The translations under genes and the position numbers were made by a program. Below, piece by piece: positions 25,509-37,058 of a stretch of DNA of 64,000 nt; the first letter of the stretch is position 1, and each line of letters opens with the position of its first letter. Below the pieces are notes generated by a model that was not told the origin of the DNA, ran no database searches, and saw only the letters and a program-made list of their open reading frames with translations. The DNA is from Nemertoderma westbladi (Eukaryota; Animalia; Xenacoelomorpha): NCBI GenBank assembly GCA_032718475.1, contig JAUCBJ010006691.1, forward strand, positions 62,001 to 126,000, in the 5' to 3' direction.

Positions 25509-27290
25509 GTTAGTAACGGACTGGTAGCAGTGGGTGTTAATACCGGTACCTCTAGTTTACAGGTTAGTACCAGTACCGGAGGTTAATACTGGTACCTCTA
25601 GTACAGGTTAGTACCAGTACCGGAGGTTAATACTGGTACCTCTAGTACAGGTTAGTACCAGTACCAGTAACACCGAAGGTTAATACCGGTACCTCAACAC
25701 AGGTTAGTACCGGTACCTCTAGCACAGGTTAGTACCAGTGCCGGTATCACCGGAGGTCAATACCGGTACCTCTAGCACAGGTTAGTACCAGTACCGGTAG
25801 CCCCGGAGGTTAATACCGGTACCTCTAGCACAGGTTAGTACCAGTACCGGTAATACCGGTACCTCTAGCATAGGAGATTAGTACCAGTACCGGTTGCACC
25901 GGAGGTTAATATCGGTACCTCTAGCACAGGTACCCGTAGCACCGGAGGTTAATACCGGTACCTCTAGCACAGGTTAGTACCAGCACCGGTAGCACCGGAG
26001 GTTAATACCGGTACCTCTAGCACAGGTTAGTACCAGTACCGGTAATACCGGAGGTTAATACCGGTACCTCTAGCACAGATTAGTACCAGTACCGGTAGCA
26101 CCGGAGGTTAGTACCGGTACCTATAGCACAGGTTAGTACCAGTACCGGTAGCACCGGAGGTTAATGCCGGTACCTCTAGCACAGGTTAGTACCAGTACCG
26201 GTAGCACCGGAGGTTAATACCGGTACCTCTAGCACAGGTTAGTACAAGTACCGGTAGCACAGGAGGTTAATACCGGTACCTCTAGCACAGGTTAGTACCA
26301 GTACCGGTAGCACCGGAGGTTAATACTGGTACCTCTAGCACAGGTTAGTACCAGTACCGGTAGTACCGGAGGTTAATACGGTAACTCTAGCACAGGAGGT
26401 TAGTACGAGTACTGGTAGCACCGGAGATTAATACCGTACCTCTAGCACAGGTTAGTACCTGTACCGGTAGCACCGGAGGTTAATACCGGTACCCCTAGCA
26501 CAAGTTAGTACCAGTACCGGTAGCACCGGAGGTTAATACCGGTACCTCTAGCACAGGTTAGTACCAGTACCGGTAGCACCGGAGGTTAATACCGGTACCT
26601 CTAGCACAGGTTAGTACCAGTACCGGTTGCACCGGAGATTAATAACGTACCTCTAGCACAGGTTAGTACCAGTACCAGTAACACCGGAGATTAATACCGG
26701 TACCTCTAGCACAGATTAGTACCAGTACCGGTTGCACCGGAGATTAATGACGTACCTCTAACACAGGTTAGTACCGGTACTGGTAGCACAGCCGGTTTGT
26801 ACCGGTACTGGTAGCACACCCGGTTTGTACCGGTACTGGTAGCACAGCAGGTTAGTACCGGTACTGGTATCATAGGGGATTAGTACCGGTACTGGTAGCA
26901 TTGGAGGTTATTAGTATTACCGCTTGCACTGAAGGTTAGTACCGGTACCAGTACCGAAGAAGATTAGTACCGGTGGTACCAGTACCGAAGGAGATTAGTA
27001 TCGGTACCAGTACAGAAGGAGGTTAGTAACGGACAGGTATCACTGGCGGTTAGTACCGGTACAGCTAGCATAGATGGTTAGTAACTGTAGCATAGCCGGT
27101 TAGAACAGGTACCGAAACCACAGAAGGTTAATAGCGCTAGCAGTGCAGTTTAGCGCTGGTACCGGTAGCACCACAGGTTACTAACGGAACCGGTTGAACC
27201 AGTGGTTACTAACGGAACCGGTTGCACCAGTGATTAGCGGTGGTTTGTAGAATCGGGGTTTAATACTACTGCTAGCACCGGAGGTAAGCA
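25495..27290. repeat. 53-bp intronic minisatellite (dimer of 25+28 bp) filling the endophilin B intron
   Basis: Unit GGTTAATACCGGTACCTCTAGCACAGGTTAGTACCAGTACCGGTAGCACCGGA; homogeneous about 25570-26780, decaying towards the acceptor. Confidence 0.95.
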
Positions 27291-27383
27291 CTAAGCACAA
27301 GAAATTACTACCGAAAGGATTACATGTTGTTGTACAGGATATTTCTAAATACAAGAGCCATCACTTCTGACTGCTGTCCTTAG

Positions 27384-27623
27384 GTTGAGTACACGGAATC
27401 TTCGTATGTACTAAACGCTACTGATGGGGCCACTGTATCGCGGAAGGCTAGAGTTCTATACGATTACGACCCACAGGATGTCAGCGGGATGGCTTGTAAG
27501 ACAGATGATATCATCACGGTGTACATCGTACCCGGCACAGAGGATACTGCCGAGTGGGTGTTAGGTGAAACTATGGATCACAACAAAGGGAGGATACCCG
27601 TATCATACATAGAGATTCTATAA
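27384..27623 (+). CDS. SH3GLB1: Endophilin B, exon 2 (linker + SH3 domain); not in the supplied ORF track
   Basis: TTCTGAC branch point and GTCCTTAG acceptor, phase 0. Translates VEYTESSYVLNATDGATVSRKARVLYDYDPQD...EWVLGE...KGRIPVSYIEIL*, matching the endophilin B SH3 (RKARVLYDYD...W.MGE...KGKVP..YLELL). Spliced product 328 aa. Confidence 0.92.
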   Translation, partial: VEYTESSYVLNATDGATVSRKARVLYDYDPQDVSGMACKTDDIITVYIVPGTEDTAEWVLGETMDHNKGRIPVSYIEIL

Positions 27624-27780
27624 GTTACACGTATCCTATATAGAAATTCTATAGTAAAAGATAACCCTACACATTGAAATAATATAAGATATACCAGTAT
27701 CCTATATATTTAGAAATAATATATTATAACACGTCTCCTACATATAAATACTATAAGATAGATGTCTCCTATTATATGAT
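27593..27780. repeat. About 6 degenerate ~31-bp copies of the endophilin B coding terminus and stop codon
   Basis: ATACCCGTATCATACATAGAGATTCTATAAG (last codons + TAA) is followed by TTACACGTATCCTATATAGAAATTCTATAG and, further on, ATAACACGTCTCCTACATATAAATACTATAAG. Confidence 0.75.
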
Positions 27781-27832
27781 AAAAAAAATCAAGTGTATTA
27801 TAATTACTAGTAATTAACTATCGTATCACTGC

Positions 27833-28708
27833 GGGTGTTACATACTACAATGTGGGTGTCACATACTACAATGTGGGTGTCACATACTACAATGTGGGTG
27901 TCACATACTACAATGTGGGTGCCACATACTGCAATGTGGGTGTCACACACTACAATGTGGGTGTCACATACTGCAATGTGGGTGTCACATACTACAATGT
28001 GGGTGTCACATACTGCAATGTGGGTGTCACATACTACAATGTGGGTGTCACATACTGCAATGTGGGTGTCACATACTACAATGTGGGTGTCACATACTGC
28101 AATGTGGGTGTCACATACTACAATGTGGGTGTCACATACTGCAATGTGGGTGTCACATACTACAATGTGGGTGTCACATACTGCAATGTGGGTGTCACAT
28201 ACTACAATGTGGGTGTCACATACTACAATGTGGGTGTCACATACTACAATGTGGGTGTCACATACTGCAATGTGGGTGTCACATACTACAATGTGGGTGT
28301 CACATACTACAATGTGGGTGTCACATACTGCAATGTGGGTGTCACATACTGCAATGTGGGTGTCACATACTGCAATGTGGGTGTCACATACTACAATGTG
28401 GGTGTCACATACTGCAATGTGGGTGTCACATACTCAATGTGGGTGTCACATACTGCAATGTGGGTGTCACATACTACAATGTGGGTGTCACATACTGCAA
28501 TGTGGGTGTCACATACTACAATGTGGGTGTCACATACTACAATGTGGGTGTCACATACTGCAATGTGGGTGTCACATACTACAATGTGGGTGTCACATAC
28601 TGCAATGTGGGTGTCACATACTACAATGTGGGTGTCACATACTACAATGTGGGTACCACATACTGCAATGTGGGTGTCACATACTGCAATGTGGGTGTCA
28701 CATACTGC
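27833..28708. repeat. 21-bp minisatellite, about 42 copies
   Basis: Unit GTGTCACATACT(A/G)CAATGTGG with internal CACAT/ATGTG inverted pair. Confidence 0.98.
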
Positions 28709-29029
28709 CAATCTACAACCCTAAATCCTGATTTGCGATATATAAAATGAAAACTCCTTAAAATATTTTGTTTTAATAAAAAGTAACTTATCTATTGAGA
28801 CTTCACATACACTTAGGATTATAAATATTGTATGTTGCTAAACATCGATGTGTATAAATTATTTGCTTGTAGAATAGTTGTTATAAAGTCTAATAAATAG
28901 TTTTACCAATGTGCGTTCATCTTTTAAACACGGCGAAAGCCAATTAGTTCCCATATTACCATGGGAACTTAATTCCCCACGTTACCCAGACAAGTAAATG
29001 TAAACAATTAGTTGTTATTAAGAACTGAC

Positions 29030-29169
29030 CTGCACCATTGTGACCGTGATATTCCAGGAGACAGGCCCCCGAGTCGACCAACCAGATGCGAGCTGTGCGA
29101 TCAGCTGAAGCTGAGCCAATCAGAGACGAGGTACCCGTGTGACTAAGATTTAACTCCCAGACACCATCC
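29030..29169 (-). CDS. WDR37: WDR37 internal exon (second exon seen)
   Basis: CTGTAG acceptor and GTCAGT donor, phases 2/1. (R)DGVWEL...IGSASADRTARIW...CLLEYHGHNGA matches WDR37 RDGIWDV...LGTASADHTALLW...CLVKYAGHVGS. Confidence 0.92.
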
Positions 29170-29599
29170 CTACAGAGATCATGGAATAATAGTAATAGAT
29201 TAGAGCAACCCAAACAATTATCCATTCTCCCATAATATGTGTCCCCTAAAACCCACAGACCAACAAGTGTATTAATTAATTATAGTAACCAGGTGGTGGC
29301 GATCTATAGGAACTGTTCTAGGGATCTTAACCTCGAATGATAAGTTTATTTAACCAAAGGTTTATTATTGGCGCAATTGAGGACTAATCCTCAACACATT
29401 TGTGAAAGGGTAGTTAGTATATCATGGCCCATCACGTGTTTATTACAAAAAAATACAAAGATGTAAGTCATATTGCCTCACATACCACCAATTATATCTT
29501 ATTAAAATCGTATTTTCCAACTACCCACTATAATACAACATGTATGTAACATGTCAACATTTAAATTCTGGTAACCTTTAATATACTCATGACATATAC

Positions 29600-32421
29600 A
29601 TATCTGTAACTTATGGTAACGTATACAAACCTGTTACTTATGGTAACGTATACAAACCTGTTACTTATGGCCATAGATATACACCTATAACTTACGTTGA
29701 TAAACAAACCCTGTAAATTCCGGCTCCAAACGCCAAACTTAACTTTTGGACATACCAACAATCAACATGTAACTGCACCTAGCGTGCACTAACCTTTAAC
29801 TTACTGACACATATACCAACATGTAACTGCACCTAGCGTGCACTAACCTTTAACTTACTGACACATATACCAACATGTAACTGCACCTAGCCGTGCACTA
29901 ACCTGTAACTTGCTGACACATATACCAACATGTAACTGTAACTTGCCACGCGCTAACCTATAACTTACACACACATATACTAACATGTAACTGCACCTAG
30001 CCGGGCACTAACCTGTAACTTACTGACACATATACCAACATGTAAATGCACCTAGCCGTGCACTAACCTGTAACTTACTGACACATATAGTATATATCAA
30101 CATGTAACTGCACGTAGCCGTGCAATAACCTGTAACTTACACACACATATACTAACATGTAACTGCACCTAGCCGGGCACTAACCTGTAACTTACTGACA
30201 CAAATACCAACATGTAACTGCACCTAGCCGGGCACTAACCTGTAACAAATGGACACATATACCAACATGTAACTGTAACCTGCCATGCACTAACCTGTAA
30301 CTTACACACACATATACTAACATGTAACTGCACCTAGCCGGGCACTAACCTGTAACTTACTGACACAAATACCAACATGTAACTGCACCTAGCCGGGCAC
30401 TAACCTGTAACATATGGACACATATACCAACATGTAACTGTAACCTGCCATGCACTAACCTGTAACTTACACACGCATATACTAACATGTAACTGCACCT
30501 AGCCGGGCACTAACCTGTAACATATGGACACATATACCAACATGTAACTGTAACCTGCCATGCACTAACCTGTAACTTACACACACATATACTAACATGT
30601 AACTGCACCTAGCCGGGCACTAACCTGTAACTTACTGACACAAATACCAACATGTAACTGCACCTAGCCGGGCACTAACCTGTAACATATGGACACATAT
30701 ACCAACATGTAACTGTAACCTGCCATGCACTAACCTGTAACTTACACACACATATACTAACATGTAACTGCACCTAGCCGGGCACTAACCTGTAACTTAC
30801 TGACACATATACCAACATGTAACTGCACCTAGCCGGGCACTAACCTGCAACTTATGGACACATATACCAACATGTAACTGTAACCTGCCATGCACTAACC
30901 TGTAACTTACACACACATATACTAACATGTAACTGCACCTATCCGGGCACTAACCTGTAACTTACTGACACAAATACCAACATGTAACTGCACCTAGCCG
31001 GGCACTAACCTGTAACATATGGACACATATACCAACATGTAACTGTAACCTGCCATGCACTAACCTGTAACTTACACACACATATACTAACATGTAACTG
31101 CACCTAGCCGGGCACTAACCTGTAACTTACTGACACAAATACCAACATGTAACTACACCTAGCCGGGCACTAACCTGTAACATATGGACACATATACCAA
31201 CATGTAACTGTAACCTGCCATGCACTAACCTGTAACTTACACACACATATACTAACATGTAACTGCACCTAGCCGGGCACTAACCTGTAACTTACTGACA
31301 CATATACCAACATGTAACTGCACCTAGCCGGGCACTAACCTGCAACTTATGGACACATATACCAACATGTAACTGCACCTAGACGTGCACGTGCACTAAC
31401 CTGTAACTTACACACACATATACTAACATGTAACTGCACCTAGCCGGGCACTAACCTGTAACTTACACACACATATACTAACATGTAACTGCACCTAGCC
31501 GGGCACTAACCTATAACTTATGGACACATATACCAACATGTAACTGTAACCTGCCATGCACTAACCTGTAACTTACACACACATATACTAACATGTAACT
31601 GCACCTAGCCGGGCACTAACCTGTAACTTACACACACATATACTAACATGTAACTACACCTAGCCATGCACTAACCTGTAACTTACTGACACATATACCA
31701 ACATGTAACTGCACCTAGCCGTGCACTAACCTGTAACTTACTGACACATATACCAACTTGTAACAGTATAGTCGTACGCTATCCTGTAACTTACTGACAC
31801 ATATACCAACATGTAACTGCACCTAGCCGTGCACTAACCTGTAACTTACTGACACATATACCAACTTGTAACAGTATAGTCGTGCGCTATCCTGTAACTT
31901 ACTGACACATATACCAACTTATAACAGTATAGTCGTGCGCTATCCTGTAACTTACTGACACATATACCAACTTGTAACAGTATAGTCGTGCGCTATCCTG
32001 TAACTTACTGACACATATACCAACTTGTAACAGTATAGTCGTGCACTAACCTGTAACTTACTGAAACATATACCAACATGTAACTGCACCTAGCCGTGCG
32101 CTATCCTGTAACTTACTGACACATATACCAACTTGTAACAGTATAGTCGTGCACTAACCTGTAACTTACTGACACATATACCAACTTGTAACAGTATAGT
32201 CGTGCACTAACCTGTAACTTACTGAAACATATACAAACATGTAACTGCACCTAGCCGGGCACTAACATGTAACTTACTGACACATATACCAACATGTAAC
32301 TGCACCTAGCCGTGCACTAATCTGTAACTTACTGACACATATACCAACATGTAACTGCACCTAGCGTGCACTAACCTGTAACTTACGGACACATATACCA
32401 ACTAGCCGTGCACTAACCTGT
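29600..32421. repeat. 55-bp minisatellite (about 48 copies, dimer of ~27 bp, local 165-bp higher-order repeat) abutting a WDR37 donor
   Basis: Unit GCACTAACCTGTAACTTACTGACACATATACCAACATGTAACTGCACCTAGCCG(T/G); 27-bp monomer-like copies at 29600-29715. Confidence 0.97.
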
Positions 32422-32547
32422 GTCCCCTGTAATTCCGTTCGTAAGTACAACCCACACTGGATCCAGTTGCTTTGAAACTGCTCACCAACTTCCCAGCTGA
32501 GGCTTTGTAGGTCGTTTTAATGCGCCGACCAAGTTGTGCTCCCGAAC
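32418..32547 (-). CDS. WDR37: WDR37 internal exon (most 5' exon found); not in the supplied ORF track
   Basis: TTTGTTTGTGTAG acceptor and CAG|GTTAGT donor, phases 1/2. SGAQLGRRIKTTYKASAGKLVSSFKATG...YRGH(R) matches WDR37 [23 protein letters not shown]...YIGHR. Confidence 0.92.
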
Positions 32548-33397
32548 CTACACAAACAAACAGTATACTTTCGTTAGGCCTATATTGTTATGTTGCATCT
32601 TACACAAAGGTTTCAGTTTAGTTTTATTTTCGTTCAATTTTCTTAAAAGCACTCGGCAAGTGAACTCCTTCGTATGCATCATTACAAGTCAATTTATATA
32701 GTTAAACACTTGTAATCCAATTTCAACTAACATTTGCTTTGCTCACAATATTGTAATAAGAATTGTAACAAACTTAGGAGATCCAAATTTACAAATGAAC
32801 TACATTTTCTCTGACTTCAGTCTGAAAACATTCAACCAGCATATATTGAAAAACGTAATATGGATAAACTCCCGTTGTGCTTGTCGTGCCAATTTAACTT
32901 CGTGTTTTCTTGTCCACAACAATTTTCGTATCACAAGGAATAAAGGGGTATAAACATTACCACGACAACCAACAACCACAACCGACAATGACAAATATGA
33001 AACAACTGTAACCTGAGCTGCTGTTGACTCTCGTTTATTGCTTTGCTAATAAAAGATTCCCACTGTAGTAACCTGCTCCTTTCTTTCCAATAATCATATC
33101 AATATATCAAATGAGCATGGCACATACGAATATATTGATAATACAATAATATTAATAATATAAATATACATTAATTTCGTTGTAAGGTGCTCAGGGTTCA
33201 ATCAGCTCGCTAAATTGATAAATAATGATTACGGAACGGCATAGCGTTTACACAGGAAATGAGGAGAACCTATTTTGGATTACATTGAAAGAAAAAAAAT
33301 AATGCAATATTCAAAACAATAGTTTGTGTTTGTATTTCATCCTTCAATATATTTTTTGCATGAAATAAACAGCACAAAATATTTCAAACAATTATAA

Positions 33398-35275
33398 CTA
33401 AATCAACCTCTTAAAATATTCCAACTGCGGTTCACCCAGTATAAGTTGCCGGAACATGTTGCCATAGAAACATGGTACATCCCGCACCGCTCTATCTGTG
33501 TCCGGCGCGAAATTCAACTCCAAAATAACCGGTTGAATTCCGCGAGAATTGTGATTACCTCCGCTACTAACGGCTGATTGCTCGCTCCACATCAACATCA
33601 AATCGCAACCGTACTGCGCGACACTCTGGGGATTATGCGCAATCCCAGGACTACCCGCAAGAGGCGTACACGCGAACTCAAAGATTTCCTTAAACATATT
33701 CTCAATGGAGGATTCAACGTCACCCCACGGATATTCAGGGTATTGTTCCTTCCAAATCAGTTTAAACCCGTGGCAATCAACTTCCCTCCAACCATCCGCA
33801 GTACCTTCCGCCTCTCTGTACATATTCGCGACCGTATAATGTCTATCCCAATCGTCTAAGTCAGACAAACGAAACGGCCTGTTAGCGAAACGCAACCAAA
33901 ACTGGCGATGGATATAAACCTCTAGCGGTTGCACACTGGCGAGGTACAAACAATATCTTATATCCAATTTAACCTTACCGACTTCTGGGAATTCCACTAA
34001 CACAGGGTCCTCCACATACTTCTGCACTATAACCGGACCGGTTTCAACCTGGCGAATAATCTCGGATAAATCACAACTGATTGTGATTCCTAAGCTACGA
34101 CTCAAATTCCACGGCTTTACTATCCAATGGAGATCTTTCTTTCTCCTACGACGTTGTTGAAACTCCCAAACGAATTCTAAAAGTTGGTAATTTAGATTGA
34201 AGGTGGGAAGAAGCCATTTAGGTAGAGCTTTAGCTTCTTTTAGACAACGAGTTTGGACTAAAGCAGCTAACTTGTGTTTTGTTGTAAGGAAGGCTTCCTC
34301 TCGGAACTGGTTCACTACAGTATTAGGATAATTTTCGCTTAGTTCTTTATAACTCCTATAATGGTCTTTTACCCACAGAATATCAGCATCGGATTCCGTA
34401 TCGACCAATAGGAAGTCGTTGTCATTAGACAGTGATTCAGCCACACTAGCGTAATCTGAGTAAACACGGACAGGACGTCTGCTAATGGCGGGATTACTTA
34501 GCCCTTCTCGACAAGTCGACCCGTAATTACCTTTAAACAACACTTCCTGCTCTATATCGTGAATAGGTTGTGGTTCTTCCTTTAATTCGAAGTCAAACCA
34601 CGGAATACCTCGAACTCTCCTTAGCAATTCCATGTCTAAAGGAATTCCGTAAAGAAAGTCGCGACTTAGAGAATCCCCACAAGATAAATCAGAGATAGGA
34701 AACAGTAAAGAGAATAGAGATTGCTTATCTGCGTAAAAGAATGGGACAATTCTACAATTAGGATTGTCGCTATGATGGATTCGCGACCCAAAGTGTTCTA
34801 GAATGTACCAGTAAGGCATCTCCTCATCTATAGACTGCATATTTCCGAACATAAAAGTTTGGCTAAACTTCCAAGTTTCTCGGTAAAGCAAATCAACTAC
34901 CTCATCAAGGGAAGCTGTATCATCTACACGATCGGCGAGATCCATGATATCCACTAATTCATCTCGCAATTTAGGGAACTCTTTAAGATTGACGCGAGCG
35001 GTGTTGCTTTTATAGGTCCACACGTGGTCCACAAGGAAGATGCTATTGGGGTCGGATTGTTTAAGCCCTTGTTCCGCCACTACCACAACCCGCCAACCGT
35101 TTCCCTTGTCTGGCTCTCTCATACCGATGAACTCTCCAGCGTCGTTGATACCATTAGTTAGTTTATCGTAGAGACCCCGTTGTAGATGAGTGGGGATCCC
35201 GGAACGGTTAAGTTGGGGTCCGTGGACAGTTATAAATGAAAGGAAACCATCGGCTTCTGCGTCACCCACCTCCAT
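33398..35275 (-). CDS. TTLL12: Tubulin-tyrosine ligase-like protein 12, intronless CDS, 625 aa
   Basis: IFLVDHVWTY, SET-like SRIHHSDNPN..VPFFY, TTL-domain WIVKPWNLSRSL, DIRY, FWLRFANRPF and LELNFAPD. Confidence 0.95.
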   Translation of the reverse strand: MEVGDAEADGFLSFITVHGPQLNRSGIPTHLQRGLYDKLTNGINDAGEFIGMREPDKGNGWRVVVVAEQGLKQSDPNSIFLVDHVWTYKSNTARVNLKEFPKLRDELVDIMDLADRVDDTASLDEVVDLLYRETWKFSQTFMFGNMQSIDEEMPYWYILEHFGSRIHHSDNPNCRIVPFFYADKQSLFSLLFPISDLSCGDSLSRDFLYGIPLDMELLRRVRGIPWFDFELKEEPQPIHDIEQEVLFKGNYGSTCREGLSNPAISRRPVRVYSDYASVAESLSNDNDFLLVDTESDADILWVKDHYRSYKELSENYPNTVVNQFREEAFLTTKHKLAALVQTRCLKEAKALPKWLLPTFNLNYQLLEFVWEFQQRRRRKKDLHWIVKPWNLSRSLGITISCDLSEIIRQVETGPVIVQKYVEDPVLVEFPEVGKVKLDIRYCLYLASVQPLEVYIHRQFWLRFANRPFRLSDLDDWDRHYTVANMYREAEGTADGWREVDCHGFKLIWKEQYPEYPWGDVESSIENMFKEIFEFACTPLAGSPGIAHNPQSVAQYGCDLMLMWSEQSAVSSGGNHNSRGIQPVILELNFAPDTDRAVRDVPCFYGNMFRQLILGEPQLEYFKRLI

Positions 35276-35523
35276 AACGTCAACGCGAATAAATAATATT
35301 TAATAAATCTTGCGATTATTATTTGTATTCAGATTTTGAGCACCTCTCTCAACTAATAATTTAATATCTGCAATACGCAGTTGAGGTAGGCAGGTAGGCT
35401 ACACTCAACACCAATTTACTGACAGACAGGATTGCAGTACGCCTACAGTAAATAGTGCCACTGTGGCTTCACTCAATGAATTGATATAATTCATCATATA
35501 ACTCACCGAAGCGATTGGTTTAA

Positions 35524-35680
35524 GAGACAGGGGGGGGGGGGGGGGGGGAACTTGACGCAACAAAACCCTCCTTGGCTAATTAATATCCCGCCTCAATGTT
35601 AAATTCTCACTTTAGGGAAAGGAGCAGGATACAGTGGAACGTTATTTTAACCAAAACAATAAACTGAACACAATAGAACA
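35524..35680 (+). repeat. Dispersed repeat (probable transposon end), copy 1
   Basis: GAGACAG-poly(G)...GCCTCAATGTTAAATTCTCA..TTAGGGAAAGGAGCAGG...GTTATTTTAACCA.AACAATAAA is shared with 56549-56705; a shorter inverted relic lies near 33030-33090. Confidence 0.75.
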
Positions 35681-35713
35681 GGATACAGTTTTATTTTTGC
35701 TAGTATACAGCTG

Positions 35714-35912
35714 TTATTTGCGTCCAATTTCCCCTGGAGAGAGATGAATTTTTATTGCGTCCAATTTCCCCTGGAGAGAGATGAATTTTTATTGCGTCCA
35801 ATTTCCCCTGGAGAGAGATGAATTTTTATTGCGTCCAGTTTCCCCTGGAGAGGGATGAATTTTTATTGCGTCCAATTTCCCCTGGAGAGGGATTAATTTT
35901 TATTGCGTCGTT
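35714..35912. repeat. 37-bp tandem repeat, about 5 copies
   Basis: Unit TTATTGCGTCCAATTTCCCCTGGAGAGAGATGAATTT. Confidence 0.95.
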
Positions 35913-37058
35913 TCCCCACATATCCGTGGTTTAATGTTTTAATTCGGGATCCGGGATAAATGGTAAATGTTACAAGTAAATCAAATTTTGTAGGTATTAG
36001 AAAAATATACAAGGATAAAAGTAATTCATTGATATTAAATTTCAATTTAAAAATAATTAAAAATCAGTTAGATAGTTAGATAAGAATCGTGGTAAAATTA
36101 AATTAAAAATGGTGGTAACACTAGTTAGAATGCCAGGAGCGATAGAGAAGAGCAGAATGGGCAAACTTGGGCGTGGTAGCGATCGGAGCACGGGTTGGAG
36201 CAAAATATACAATAGCGCTATACAATATAGCGGGAGTAATGGATGCGGGTTCGAGCAGAGAGTTTGAAATGAAACCCGTGGATGGTGGTGTGCATAAGAA
36301 GTTAAACTGAGTTAAACTCATAACTCACTCCGACCGGTTATGACTACGAGTTTAAAATCCAGCAAATAAATCAATTCGAGAAATTAAATAAGCCGTTTCA
36401 TTCCATGTTCATAATTAAGACAAATATTTTTTCTTTAAAAAAAATCCCCTTTATTGCCCGAAAAGGGCGGTCAGGAAAGACTTAATGTCCATACTTTATT
36501 ACTCGGGAAAAAGTTGTTTTACTATTAATTCTAGAGGTATTTTATTTATTGTATATTGTGGGGCGAGTGAGAACTGCGAGCCATCAGCAAACTGCCATAG
36601 TATAATTATAATTGTTCGCTAAGATCTCGTGTCTTAACTACATAAACCAATATTGGATATTGAGTTCTGTTTTGGAGTTCGCCTTGCAGACACTAGAGTT
36701 GCAATAACTTTTTGAGTGTGGGAGTGGATTTTGCTCAAATTACTTGCAAACCTTTTCCACTTTCAACACATGTAATAAAGTTTAAGAAACACCAAAACTA
36801 TTCTATATCCCGGACGAAAAAAAGTAAAATCAATGCAATCCTATGGGTAGTGGTTACGTTTCTTCTTTATGAAAAAAAGTCCTACTCGAATAACATCACT
36901 ATTTTTGGCCTTGTTGAATAATGGGGAATTAATTATTAATAGATACCCGTTCTAACTACTAACTACAGTACATCGCATAACCATGGGAACTAGAACTCCA
37001 TTAGCTACTTATATTCTTTACTTCTTAAAATATTTAAGTACCTAGGTAGAAAGAAACA

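Noticed and set aside
27835-28750. Repetitive ORFs (MWVSHTT, VGVTYYN, CGCHILQ)
   Set aside because: Translations of a 21-bp minisatellite in multiple frames; a 1-bp deletion shifts frames without consequence.
33013-33075. Candidate small upstream WDR37 exon (AG...CAG|GT on minus)
   Set aside because: The frame needed for a phase-1 junction contains a stop, there is no WDR37 similarity, and the segment overlaps a relic of the dispersed repeat at 35524/56549.
36109-36321. Coding-like purine-rich patch upstream of the PC4-like ORF
   Set aside because: Only short frames (under 70 aa) and no recognisable motif.
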